Source of the DNA: Desulfobacterales bacterium | GTDB lineage: Bacteria > Desulfobacterota > Desulfobacteria > Desulfobacterales > UBA5852 | Reading direction: 5' to 3' | DNA length: 64,000 bases | Assembly (NCBI GenBank): GCA_963674755.2 | Contig: CAXXVS010000002.1 | Coordinates: 896,001-960,000, forward strand | Program-made: the position numbers and the translations under genes | The notes under the pieces: model-generated | What the model saw: only the letters and a program-made list of their open reading frames with translations | The model's database searches: none | What the model was told of the DNA's origin: nothing | In this document: positions 28,756-37,327 of the stretch, piece after piece | Numbering within the stretch: the stretch's first letter is position 1 | Layout of the letters: each line of letters opens with the position of its first letter

Positions 28756-31027
28756 CGCCAACGACTATGCCTGGATCAAGGAATTGCTTCAGTACCCGCT
28801 TATCCTGAAAGAGCGGCTTGGTCATTTCGAGGATACATCCGAAATCCGGGTGCCGGATGACCCCATCGAGCAGGTTATTTTCCAGGATCGCGCCAAAAAA
28901 ACCATCCGCAAAATCGCGCATAAACGCGGACACATCCTTATGGTGGGCCGCCCGGGAACCGGCAAATCCATGCTAGCCGGCATGCTGCAGGACGTTCTCA
29001 CCCAATCGCTCCATGATTATATCCGGCCGCATGATTCGATTTTGGCCTATCCCGGCAAAGATCGCAACCATATCCGAATCGCCTATGAAGACCCCGCGGC
29101 AGCAGATCGACTGATCGAAGATTTGCAGGCGAGATTGGAATCCATCGCTTCCCGCGAAGCCTCATTTTCTTTGGCGGAGCAGATCGATGCGGTACGTCGC
29201 ATCAAAATCGCGCTTCTGCTGGCGACCTTCCTGCTGGGGGTCGGGAGCTGGTATTTGCCGCTCCTGCTGGCGGTGGCCGGCATCACCGGCATTGGGAGCA
29301 TTTTTCTTTTCCTCCAGGAGAACAACCACAGGGCCCAGGAAAAAATCCAGCAGAACCAGCAGCAGGGCACCCCGCCCAATATCAGACCGATATTCGACAT
29401 GCTGCCGGTGGTGCTCTACGACCCTCGTCAGAATCTAAGCCTGCTGGCCCGCATTGCCGAGCCGAATGCCCGCGTCATGAAAGGCGGATTTCGCCACGAC
29501 CCCTATCAGTCCGGTAATTTGCAGACCCCGCCCCACAAACGGGCCTATCTGGGGGCCCATGCCACAGCGCCCATTATTTACATTGATGAACTACGCACCC
29601 TGCTGCGCATCGGCTATATGCCGGAGCTGTTGGAAATCATGCAGGAAAAGCAGTACATCCTTGAAGGCGGCGGGTCGACGGGCAGCGGTGCGGCGGATCG
29701 CTCCGAGAATCCTTTGAAGGCCGACAACATCATCGTAGCCTGCTGCAACCATGATACCATCCAGCACCTGCGATCCGAGGGCGACGGCGCTTTCCTCAGC
29801 CGCATCGAGGACAAGGGGGAGATCGTCTACATGGAGAGTGCGGTCGCCGAGACGCCGGAAACCGTTGTTCAGGCGGCCCAATATGTCAAACAGGAGGTTG
29901 ACCATATTGCGGACGAATTCGCGTCCGCCTGGGGAGAAGTCCTCGCCAAGGAAGGCATGGAAAGCGTGCGGCAACGCTGCGAGACCATTTTCGGACGACG
30001 TCTGTCGCCGGGCTTCAGCTTGACGACCAGGGAATTTTCCCGGGATGCGGTCATGGAAATCATAAAAGAGATGCGCTGCCGGGCATCCGACCGCAAACTG
30101 ACCAGCATTTTGCGTCCCATCAACGGGATTATCAAAGGGGCGGTGTTCGAGGCCATTTTCAGCGATTCTCCAAGAGTGGAACCCCACCATGTCCAGATTG
30201 CTTTGCAGGAGCATCTCAGTTTGGAAGGGGCCATGCAGAGGGATATCGCTTCCCATAAGAAAGACCTGAAGAAATATATCGATTCTATTACCGACTCGAT
30301 CGGCTACGTGGTGGGTTTGGCCGTGATTGCTTCGGCCGCGTCCGGCCAAATGCACGGCCAGCCCCTCCCGATCCACGGCCAGGTGGATGCGGGCGGCGCC
30401 GACCGGGTGGTCGCCGCCGGGAAAATTGGTGAAATCGCCCTGGCCGCCGCCCAGAACGTGCGGGCTTCCATCCGACGGATCCTCAAAAAAATCGGTGCGC
30501 CGCATGTGGGCTATGAAATGCATATCGAATACATCCAAGCCCATGGCGGTGTGGAAGGGGACAGCGCCTCCGCCGCCATCGACGTGGCGCTGATATCGGA
30601 TTTTATCCGTCAACCGGTCAACGCCAAATTTGCCGTCACCGGGTCATTGACAGGCGACATCATTCTGGCGGTGGGCGGGGTTACTGAAAAACTGAGATCG
30701 ATCATGGACCCTGTTTTAGGCATGTCCGGTGCCTGCGTTCCCTGGCAGAACAAGCACGACATTGAACCCTTGCTGATCAACAAGACCGCAGAATTCTTGC
30801 TCCAAGATGAGATTCCCGGCATACGCATCTATCGCAAGGCCCACCGCCAGGCACCCTTTGACGTCTATTTCTGCAAGACTAAATGGCATGTCTATCTCAT
30901 CATGATGGCCATCGACCGGGATCAAGTCGAACGCCGGATGGCCGACCGCTGCCGACGCGATACGGATTTGATCAAACGCTCCGACCGATCGTGGCGTCGA
31001 TCGTCGACATCGTTGGAAACGCGATGA
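28739..31027 (+). CDS. LonB-type (archaeal-like) AAA+ serine protease with a transmembrane insertion
   Basis: DQVI-like EQVIFQD, Walker A GRPGTGKS, hydrophobic hairpin IALLLATFLLGVGSWYLPLLLAVAGITGIGSIFLFL, Walker B IYIDE, HIEYIQAHGGVEGDSAS and GGVTEK Ser-Lys dyad. Confidence 0.85.
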   Translation: MKRAYNANDYAWIKELLQYPLILKERLGHFEDTSEIRVPDDPIEQVIFQDRAKKTIRKIAHKRGHILMVGRPGTGKSMLAGMLQDVLTQSLHDYIRPHDSILAYPGKDRNHIRIAYEDPAAADRLIEDLQARLESIASREASFSLAEQIDAVRRIKIALLLATFLLGVGSWYLPLLLAVAGITGIGSIFLFLQENNHRAQEKIQQNQQQGTPPNIRPIFDMLPVVLYDPRQNLSLLARIAEPNARVMKGGFRHDPYQSGNLQTPPHKRAYLGAHATAPIIYIDELRTLLRIGYMPELLEIMQEKQYILEGGGSTGSGAADRSENPLKADNIIVACCNHDTIQHLRSEGDGAFLSRIEDKGEIVYMESAVAETPETVVQAAQYVKQEVDHIADEFASAWGEVLAKEGMESVRQRCETIFGRRLSPGFSLTTREFSRDAVMEIIKEMRCRASDRKLTSILRPINGIIKGAVFEAIFSDSPRVEPHHVQIALQEHLSLEGAMQRDIASHKKDLKKYIDSITDSIGYVVGLAVIASAASGQMHGQPLPIHGQVDAGGADRVVAAGKIGEIALAAAQNVRASIRRILKKIGAPHVGYEMHIEYIQAHGGVEGDSASAAIDVALISDFIRQPVNAKFAVTGSLTGDIILAVGGVTEKLRSIMDPVLGMSGACVPWQNKHDIEPLLINKTAEFLLQDEIPGIRIYRKAHRQAPFDVYFCKTKWHVYLIMMAIDRDQVERRMADRCRRDTDLIKRSDRSWRRSSTSLETR

Positions 31028-31057
31028 TAAAACATCCCCTATGAGGTCAAATTGCCC

Positions 31058-31084
31058 TCAAGTTGCCGTGAATTCAGGCGATAA
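31058..31084 (+). promoter_or_regulatory. sigma28 promoter upstream of the HDOD gene
   Basis: TCAAGTTG-N11-GGCGATAA. Confidence 0.7.
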
Positions 31085-31274
31085 CCCCTATACAATCTAT
31101 TTTTTTGCAGTGTTCTTAGGACACGCGTTTGATCTTCGTGTTCAGCAATGCCAAGCGCTGTTGCATTACAGAACCGTTTTTTTGCCCTGTAAATGTAAGG
31201 GACCGCCGGCCGATCAGATCCAAACCGCTATGGTCGTGAAAACGCGCTAACCTTTATCAGGAAGAGTATGAATC

Positions 31275-32390
31275 ATGAAATTTGAGTGCCCCAGCTGCCG
31301 GAATAGCTACAATGTGCCTGATGAAAAGCTTCCCCCGAAGAAAATGGTCGTGTTCCCTTGTCCGAAATGCAAAGGTAAAATCGAGCTTAACCTGGAGACG
31401 GCCCGGAAGAATTCCCTTCCGCCCGAATCCCATACGACCGAAACCGCTCAAGATGTCGTGGCGGCAGAGGCGGGCCCGCCCAATAACACTCCGCTGATCG
31501 GCAACAACGGGGATTTTCGAAAAAAGGTCCTGCGCAAGCTCAAAGATCTGCCCCCCATGCCGCAGATTGTTTTCAAGGCCCGGCAGGTCATTGCCGACCC
31601 GGATTCCGAAATGGCCGAGCTGGCGGACCTGCTGGAATCTGATCAGGCGATTGCCACTAAAGTTCTCAAACTGGCCAACAGCGCCTATTATGGCCTGAGC
31701 GGAAAAGTCTCCTCTATCCGACATGCATCCAGCCTGCTGGGGTATAAGGCGCTGGGGCAGTTGATTTCTATGGTTGGCAGCGCGTCGGTTCTGGGAAAAA
31801 CCCTGGACGGATATGATCTGGATTCCGCCGGCGCCTGGCGGCATTCCTTGATGGCGGCGAGCGCTTCGCGCATCATCGCTCTCCGACGCCATCCGGGTCT
31901 GGAAGGCGACGCCTTTTCAGCCGGCCTAATCCATGACGTTGGCAAACTGGTCCTGGATAACTATGTCTTGGAGCGCAAAAGCGAATTCGAACGCATCACG
32001 GCGGGCGGCCGTCGATCCATGCTATCGGCTGAACAACATCTTCTTGGTCTGGACCATGCCGATATCGGATACGAGGTTTGTAAACATTGGAACATTCCGG
32101 AAACCATTTCGAAAGCGATTCGATTCCACCACAACCCATCTAATAGCGATCAGGATCCTTTATCATATATTGTTTTCATGGCTAATTCCATCGCCAATAT
32201 CGTCAAATCCATGGAAGAAACCGAAGGGACGATCGCCCAGTTGGAAGGCATCGAAGGCTTTATGTACATGATCGACGATGATGTCCTTGATTTCTTAGAT
32301 CTTCCTGAAGATGAGGTTCCCGCCATATTGACGGACGCTCGTGATGCCGTAAATAAGCTTTCCGAAGAGATGCAGATTTTAGCGAACTAG
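31275..32390 (+). CDS. Zinc-ribbon + HDOD domain protein
   Basis: CPSC...CPKC ribbon; LPPMP, VLKLANSAYY, WRHSL, AGLIHDVGKL, HADIG, IRFHH. Confidence 0.9.
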   Translation: MKFECPSCRNSYNVPDEKLPPKKMVVFPCPKCKGKIELNLETARKNSLPPESHTTETAQDVVAAEAGPPNNTPLIGNNGDFRKKVLRKLKDLPPMPQIVFKARQVIADPDSEMAELADLLESDQAIATKVLKLANSAYYGLSGKVSSIRHASSLLGYKALGQLISMVGSASVLGKTLDGYDLDSAGAWRHSLMAASASRIIALRRHPGLEGDAFSAGLIHDVGKLVLDNYVLERKSEFERITAGGRRSMLSAEQHLLGLDHADIGYEVCKHWNIPETISKAIRFHHNPSNSDQDPLSYIVFMANSIANIVKSMEETEGTIAQLEGIEGFMYMIDDDVLDFLDLPEDEVPAILTDARDAVNKLSEEMQILAN

Positions 32391-32435
32391 GCTTAAAATA
32401 GCTGGCCTGCCGCCTTTTAATCACCAATCCAACAA

Positions 32436-32468
32436 GCGCCCTGGTCCACTGTGACCACGGGCGTTTTT
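32436..32468 (+). terminator. Intrinsic terminator after the HDOD gene
   Basis: CGCCCTGGTC-loop-GACCACGGGCG-TTTTT. Confidence 0.6.
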
Positions 32469-32492
32469 ATTGGACCTGCCCGGACGAAAACA

Positions 32493-32519
32493 TCAAGTTT
32501 TTGTCCGTCGCGCCGATAA
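32493..32519 (+). promoter_or_regulatory. sigma28 promoter
   Basis: TCAAGTTT-N11-GCCGATAA (consensus -10). Confidence 0.8.
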
Positions 32520-32552
32520 AATTATTGTGGGTCGGCCAAATCATCTTACTGA

Positions 32553-32700
32553 GCGCCCGTCCAGCGATGATGGATCTTGGTTCCAGCCAAGGCCGCAGTG
32601 ATTCGGGAACCGACGGCGTAGTCGTGTGAGCGACAGCGTTGCGTAGCGGGGCTGGGGCGAAGACCGACAAAAGCCAAAGATGCCATTTGTGGATGGGCAC
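32553..32700. repeat. MITE/REP-like repeat, copy C
   Basis: GCGCCCGTCC...GGATGGGCAC ends; TTGGTTCCAGCCAAGGCCGCAGTGATT matches copy D with 2 mismatches. Confidence 0.78.
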
Positions 32701-32747
32701 TACCTAACAACCCGGGACGTTGGTCCGGACTGTGTTGAAGGAGCGCC

Positions 32748-33575
32748 ATGAACACACAGACCATTTTGCGAGGCGAGGGGGACGGCTTAACAACGACCGC
32801 CGAGGAAGACTTAGGATATTCGCCGGAAGAGCATTTTGATCGGGCCATAGCCGTCTGTTCGCGGCTGTTGTTGGGAGTGGGCAATCCCGGGCATGACCTG
32901 CAGGCGGCTCTGGCACAGCTTGCATTGGGTTTTGATGCGCGCCATGTGGTCTTGTTTCAGATCGAATCTTATCATACCGAAGATAACCGTGGGCGCAGGA
33001 TAGTCTGCTCCCAGGATGTTACCTGCCCTTATTGCAAAGATAGCCGAGATTGGGACTATATTGGTCTCATTGACAATGATATGCGCATGCGACTGGAGAG
33101 GGGACAAAGCTGCTCTCATGATGTTCGAAACCTCCCGCATCACTTGGCGCAGGGGTTTTATGAGCGCGACGTGGTACGACTGATAATGGTACCCCTGACC
33201 GTTCTAGGCAAATGGTGGGGGTTTTTATGCATCGAAGCATTGCAGGCCGACATAGAGAGGCTGCCGGTAGAGGAAAACCATCTTAAAACTGTGGGGGCTC
33301 TTTTTTCTGTATTCTATGAGCGGCAGCATGCCGTGGAAGGATTTCATGAACGCAAGGAGCTCTCCGGTGCTCTTGAAATGGCGGGAACGGTTTGTCACAA
33401 ATTAAATCAGCCCATGCAGGTGATCCTGGGCTATGCCAGCATGGTAACCTCCGGTGACATCAGCGAAAAGGAACAAATCATCGAAATCGTGCAGTTGATT
33501 GAAAATGAAACCCGGCAGATGGGCATCATCACGAAAAATCTAATGGGCATCACGAAAAATCGCGGCGCTGAATAG
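32748..33575 (+). CDS. GAF-domain protein with a C-terminal HisKA-like helix and no ATPase domain
   Basis: MVPLTVLGKWWGFL GAF pattern; AGTVCHKLNQPMQVILG H-box at the C-terminus. Confidence 0.72.
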   Translation: MNTQTILRGEGDGLTTTAEEDLGYSPEEHFDRAIAVCSRLLLGVGNPGHDLQAALAQLALGFDARHVVLFQIESYHTEDNRGRRIVCSQDVTCPYCKDSRDWDYIGLIDNDMRMRLERGQSCSHDVRNLPHHLAQGFYERDVVRLIMVPLTVLGKWWGFLCIEALQADIERLPVEENHLKTVGALFSVFYERQHAVEGFHERKELSGALEMAGTVCHKLNQPMQVILGYASMVTSGDISEKEQIIEIVQLIENETRQMGIITKNLMGITKNRGAE

Positions 33576-33591
33576 CGCCGCGATTTTTTTT
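33555..33591 (+). terminator. Intrinsic terminator overlapping the stop codon
   Basis: AAAAATCGCGGCGCT-gaat-AGCGCCGCGATTTTTTTT. Confidence 0.75.
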
Positions 33592-33618
33592 CACTAGGGA
33601 GGGCAAGAAGGGGTTTCC

Positions 33619-34653
33619 ATGCGGGTATCCATTTGCCGCGAAACACTGTCAACGGCTGAAGGAGGCCGATCAAATGCCAGCGTTGTGAACCTCAAGGCCG
33701 GGGGTCTGCTGCAAGCCAGAATTGTCGAAATAACGGCCTCCGGAAAAACCGTGTTCCAATTTGACGGTTTTCGGGCGGTGGCAGGAAGACGGGTGGAAGG
33801 ACAGATAGGTGATATTTGGCAGTTTGAAGTCCTTCGGGATATGAATGCGCAAAGCGACCGCTCGCAGCAACGACACAGCGCAGCAAATCCGGCACAACCA
33901 GTGGGTCGACCGCGAATCTCCAATGCGGTGTCGCAGAGCAGCATAAGCTTGCGATTGATACCGCTATCAGGAAAACATGACGCTTTCGAATCCTCCAAGA
34001 ATGCACCGGCAACATCGCTTCGAATGACCTTCTCCGGTGTGGCCATCCCTGTAACGCCGCCCGGTTTGAGCAGCCAGGTCTTGCAGCCCGTGCAGGTTCT
34101 ATGGACATGGCTTCAGCAGATGCGCGATGCTATGCCGTGGTCAGGTGAAATTGGGGCAAAGTCGACCCTGAAGCAGTGGAAGCTTCAAACGGAGGCCCGG
34201 GAAAAGGCATCGCCACAATTGCTGGATCACCCTGATCCAGCAGATTTGAAAAAGGTCGATCGCTCGGGAGAGCCCTGGCATCATATTATGTCAGGTGGCT
34301 TCCAGCTTGGCCAACGACGGATCAAGATGAACCTCTATAGGCGTTCTTCTGGGAGGGAAGCGAATGCCCCCCCCAACTTATTGAAAGCGGTTTTTCTTCT
34401 GGACCTTGAGAATGCCGGAGCAATGCGGGTGGATATCAAGATGGGGGCCGAGCACATTCAGGTGGGCATTTTCGTCAAGGATGAAGATACCCGCAGCCGA
34501 TTTTCAGCGGGATTGCCGGCGTTGACCAACGCTTTGTCAGCACTTAGCAAACAGTGTTATTGCCATGTGGCGGTGGACGCCTCCAAGATTCAGGAAGGTT
34601 ACGAAGAGCAACTCGTGATCCCGGAAGCAGTGCGGTTGAATATCCAGGCCTGA
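33619..34653 (+). CDS. FliK-like flagellar hook-length control domain protein
   Basis: Low-complexity middle; C-terminal FLLDLENAGAMRVDI...F...LPALTNAL; adjacent FlhB-like gene. Confidence 0.6.
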   Translation: MRVSICRETLSTAEGGRSNASVVNLKAGGLLQARIVEITASGKTVFQFDGFRAVAGRRVEGQIGDIWQFEVLRDMNAQSDRSQQRHSAANPAQPVGRPRISNAVSQSSISLRLIPLSGKHDAFESSKNAPATSLRMTFSGVAIPVTPPGLSSQVLQPVQVLWTWLQQMRDAMPWSGEIGAKSTLKQWKLQTEAREKASPQLLDHPDPADLKKVDRSGEPWHHIMSGGFQLGQRRIKMNLYRRSSGREANAPPNLLKAVFLLDLENAGAMRVDIKMGAEHIQVGIFVKDEDTRSRFSAGLPALTNALSALSKQCYCHVAVDASKIQEGYEEQLVIPEAVRLNIQA

Positions 34654-34658
34654 ACCCT

Positions 34659-34913
34659 ATGAAAAAAACACCCCGTCAAGCTGTGGCACTGCGCTACGAC
34701 CACCAAAAGGACCAGGCCCCCTGTGTCTTGGCCAAAGGATCCGGTTATATCGCGGAGAAAATCATCCAAGCAGCGCAACAATACGACATTCCTCTGGTGC
34801 AGGATCCGGTGGCCGAGGAATTGCTCAGCCAGGTGGAGCTGGGAAAGACGATTCCCCCTGAATTCTATCGAGCCGTAGCTGAAATACTGGCCTTCGTGTA
34901 TCGTTTGAAATGA
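34659..34913 (+). CDS. EscU/YscU/FlhB C-terminal-like (FlhX) protein
   Basis: AVALRYD..APCVLAKGSG.IAEKII..A...IP; AVAEILAFVY. Confidence 0.88.
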   Translation: MKKTPRQAVALRYDHQKDQAPCVLAKGSGYIAEKIIQAAQQYDIPLVQDPVAEELLSQVELGKTIPPEFYRAVAEILAFVYRLK

Positions 34914-35063
34914 CGAAACGGACGCAATTACCGCTCCGACCTGTTCAATCAGGGCTTTTCAAGCGCTTCAAATGAAAAGAACGGCATCCTGATACCCGGC
35001 CTTGGGCGAGATCTACCAAAGCATTTTTTCGGCCTGACGTGCCTGCCCGCAGGCGCATCCAGG

Positions 35064-35318
35064 TTATGCTGCGGAAGACGACCAGGCGCCCGCGACGCTG
35101 CTCACGACAAAAGGCTCGGCATCGTGAATGGCCGTCGAATAATGTTTGCATACCGGGCAGAATTTGCGGGGCATGCCGCGGCCGGTCCATAAAAGCTTAA
35201 CGCGGTGATGGGTTCCACACTTCGGGCAAACGCATTCCGTCGATGTCTCGCGCAAACAGACAGCCTGGATGGATTCAATTCTTTTTTCGTCGTCGCTCTT
35301 TCCCGTTTCCTCTCTCAT
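35064..35318 (-). CDS. Small zinc-ribbon protein (CPKC...CPVC)
   Basis: RBS GGAG 9 nt before ATG; ECVCPKCGTHH...WTGRG.PRKFCPVC; lies downstream of a sigma54 promoter. Confidence 0.7.
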   Translation of the reverse strand: MREETGKSDDEKRIESIQAVCLRETSTECVCPKCGTHHRVKLLWTGRGMPRKFCPVCKHYSTAIHDAEPFVVSSVAGAWSSSAA

Positions 35319-35340
35319 TGTCCGTTCTCCATTTAAGAAT

Positions 35341-35426
35341 TGGGATCGAGGGGTTGTGGGCGTGGATAACCGGTCAAAATCGTCAGGCAGTAGGATGTTC
35401 CGTTACCCCTGTGATTGCCATTGGTT
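35341..35426 (-). ncRNA. Structured leader RNA related to the candidate sRNA at 10147-10292
   Basis: TGGCAATCA at +7; AGGGGT/ACCCCT and ATC/GAT pairing over about 80 nt; shared CCTAC..CCTG, TTTTGA and CCCTCGAT. Confidence 0.55.
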
Positions 35427-35437
35427 AAACAATATAA

Positions 35438-35452
35438 GCAATTCTAATGCCA
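35438..35452 (-). promoter_or_regulatory. sigma54 (-24/-12) promoter
   Basis: TGGCATTAGAATTGC. Confidence 0.82.
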
Positions 35453-35524
35453 TATTATCTAAGTCTAATTTTCTACATAATACCGGACAGACACGGACGG
35501 GAGAAATCGAAAGACCCTATCGGC

Positions 35525-35562
35525 TTGACGGGATTTGTCAGGCTATATGCCGTTATACGTCA
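35525..35562. promoter_or_regulatory. Tandem upstream activator site (second copy)
   Basis: TTGACGGGATTTGTCAG-gctat-ATGCCGTtatacGTCA. Confidence 0.72.
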
Positions 35563-35782
35563 TAAATATGACATATAAGATGAATTCGATTTAATTTTAG
35601 AGAGGGAATTTTGGCGTTTGGAAGGTGGACAGGGGGCGATTATTACATGGCACCCCCTGCCATTCCTCCTGAAGGTCGCAGGACGGTGGGGCCCGCGACG
35701 ACCCGGAATGGCCTATCGACCTTTTCGTCGACGATCTTTAACACAAATCGCATACAGGGATCGGTTTTTCGCTGGGGTGCCT

Positions 35783-36253
35783 TCAAGCGCTCAGGGCCTG
35801 ATCTGGGATGGCCTCCATTGTTTCCAATGTCAAGGTGTCGGCATGCAGATCGTAAATCTTACGGTTGTCCAGCCAGTTCACAGCATCGGCCATGGAAGGG
35901 AAGAGGGCGAAGTCGCGCGGGAGTTTGTGCTCTTTGACCCAGATGGAAAAACTATGGAAAAGGCGTTGGGAACTGCTGTAAATATGGGGGATTTTTTCCT
36001 GGTGGACAATGGCGGTTTTGCCGGGTACATGCCGGTTGGCATCATAGGCTGAACGCAGATGCTCCGCCAGTCTGAAAAGGTCCATGGAACTGATGGAGTT
36101 GAGGTTCAGGCGGCGAATATCGAAAATCTCAAATTGAGCCGGAGCCTGCAGGTAGGCGCGCATGGCGCTTAGCAAATCGTTGAGGTTGAACGTATCCGAC
36201 CAGGTGTGGAGCGCAAAATCGGTATGATGGTAATGCACAAAATCAATGGCCAT
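35783..36253 (-). CDS. Hypothetical protein (possible STAS/SEC14-like fold)
   Basis: RBS GGGAGG before MAIDF; IFDIR...KTAIV...FPSMADAVNWL pattern. Confidence 0.55.
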   Translation of the reverse strand: MAIDFVHYHHTDFALHTWSDTFNLNDLLSAMRAYLQAPAQFEIFDIRRLNLNSISSMDLFRLAEHLRSAYDANRHVPGKTAIVHQEKIPHIYSSSQRLFHSFSIWVKEHKLPRDFALFPSMADAVNWLDNRKIYDLHADTLTLETMEAIPDQALSA

Positions 36254-36600
36254 AACCTGCCTCCCTGCAGTGTTACAGCCGAACCCGCTGTGTCGCTTCA
36301 TATCTAACCACATAACTCATGGATTATCAAGTAAAATCAACGAGAGAAAAGATGTTTTAGGAACAGCGGCCCGTCTGGTCAAACCGGCCATGATCGATTG
36401 TGATCGGCGGCGGAGAATCTGTTGAAAATCCCGCTCTTCGACCCTTGCAGCAATTTTCCCCATGACATTTTTCTATCGACCGCCAGCAACCGATCCGTGC
36501 ATCGGCCTTCGCCCGCTTGGCGCTGGACGGATGACGGTCGTTGTGGCATGGTGGCGTTCAATTTGGCTTTCAGCATTCATCCACGAAAGGGGACAGGCGC

Positions 36601-37305
36601 GTGGCCCGGAAAAAATTTTATGCTGTCCGCCGTGGGCACCGCAGCGGCATTTATACGGAATGGTTCGGTCCGCAAGGCGCCCAGGTGCAGGTGAAGGGCT
36701 TTGCAGGCGCCCAATACCGGGGCTTTGCAACGCGTGCTGAAGCACAGGCCTTTCTGGAAGGGTCTTCGCCTGCTGCCAAAGCCCCCCTCACTCACGAAGC
36801 ATTATCGATAGAGGACGAGCCCCACATAGTGGTGTTTACCGACGGAGGGGCCATCGGGAATCCCGGACCCGGTGGTTACGGCGTCGTTATCCTTCCTCCG
36901 AACGGCGAACGCCAGGAGCTCTCCGGCGGTTATCGATGGACGACCAACAACCGCATGGAATTGATGGCCTGTATAACGGCCCTCGATCACCTGGAACCGG
37001 ATTTGCCGATTATCTTGCACAGCGATTCCCGCTATATGGTGGATGCCATCAACAAGCGATGGGCTGTCGGCTGGCGGAAAAGGGGGTGGAAAAAAGCCGA
37101 CGGTCAGCCGGCTAAAAATCCGGATTTGTGGGCCCGGCTGCTGCAGCGTCTTGAAATGCTCCAGGTGACCTTCAGGTGGGTCAAAGGGCATGCCGGACAG
37201 GAATGGAACGAGCGTTGCGACCAATTGGCCGGGCAGGCCATGAATCAGACCGATCTGCCAGCCGACATTGGCTACGAAGAGGGGATGCTGAACACGAAAA
37301 ACTGA
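36601..37305 (+). CDS. rnhA: Ribonuclease HI with N-terminal hybrid-binding (Cauli_VI) domain
   Basis: KFYAVRRG..GIY.EW; FTDGG..GNPGPGG, TTNNRMEL, SDS, WVKGHAG..NERCD. Confidence 0.93.
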   Translation: MARKKFYAVRRGHRSGIYTEWFGPQGAQVQVKGFAGAQYRGFATRAEAQAFLEGSSPAAKAPLTHEALSIEDEPHIVVFTDGGAIGNPGPGGYGVVILPPNGERQELSGGYRWTTNNRMELMACITALDHLEPDLPIILHSDSRYMVDAINKRWAVGWRKRGWKKADGQPAKNPDLWARLLQRLEMLQVTFRWVKGHAGQEWNERCDQLAGQAMNQTDLPADIGYEEGMLNTKN

Positions 37306-37327
37306 AGCGTTTTGAATCCCAGACCTG

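Noticed and set aside
25832..31027. Zorya-like defence system (MotAB homologs plus ATPase)
   Set aside because: MotA and MotB have normal stator length and motifs, lack the long ZorA tail, and have a sigma28 promoter; the ATPase is a Lon protease.
33519..33561. Short tandem duplication ATGGGCATC(ATC)ACGAAAAATC
   Set aside because: Only two units, inside coding sequence; not CRISPR or a contingency repeat.
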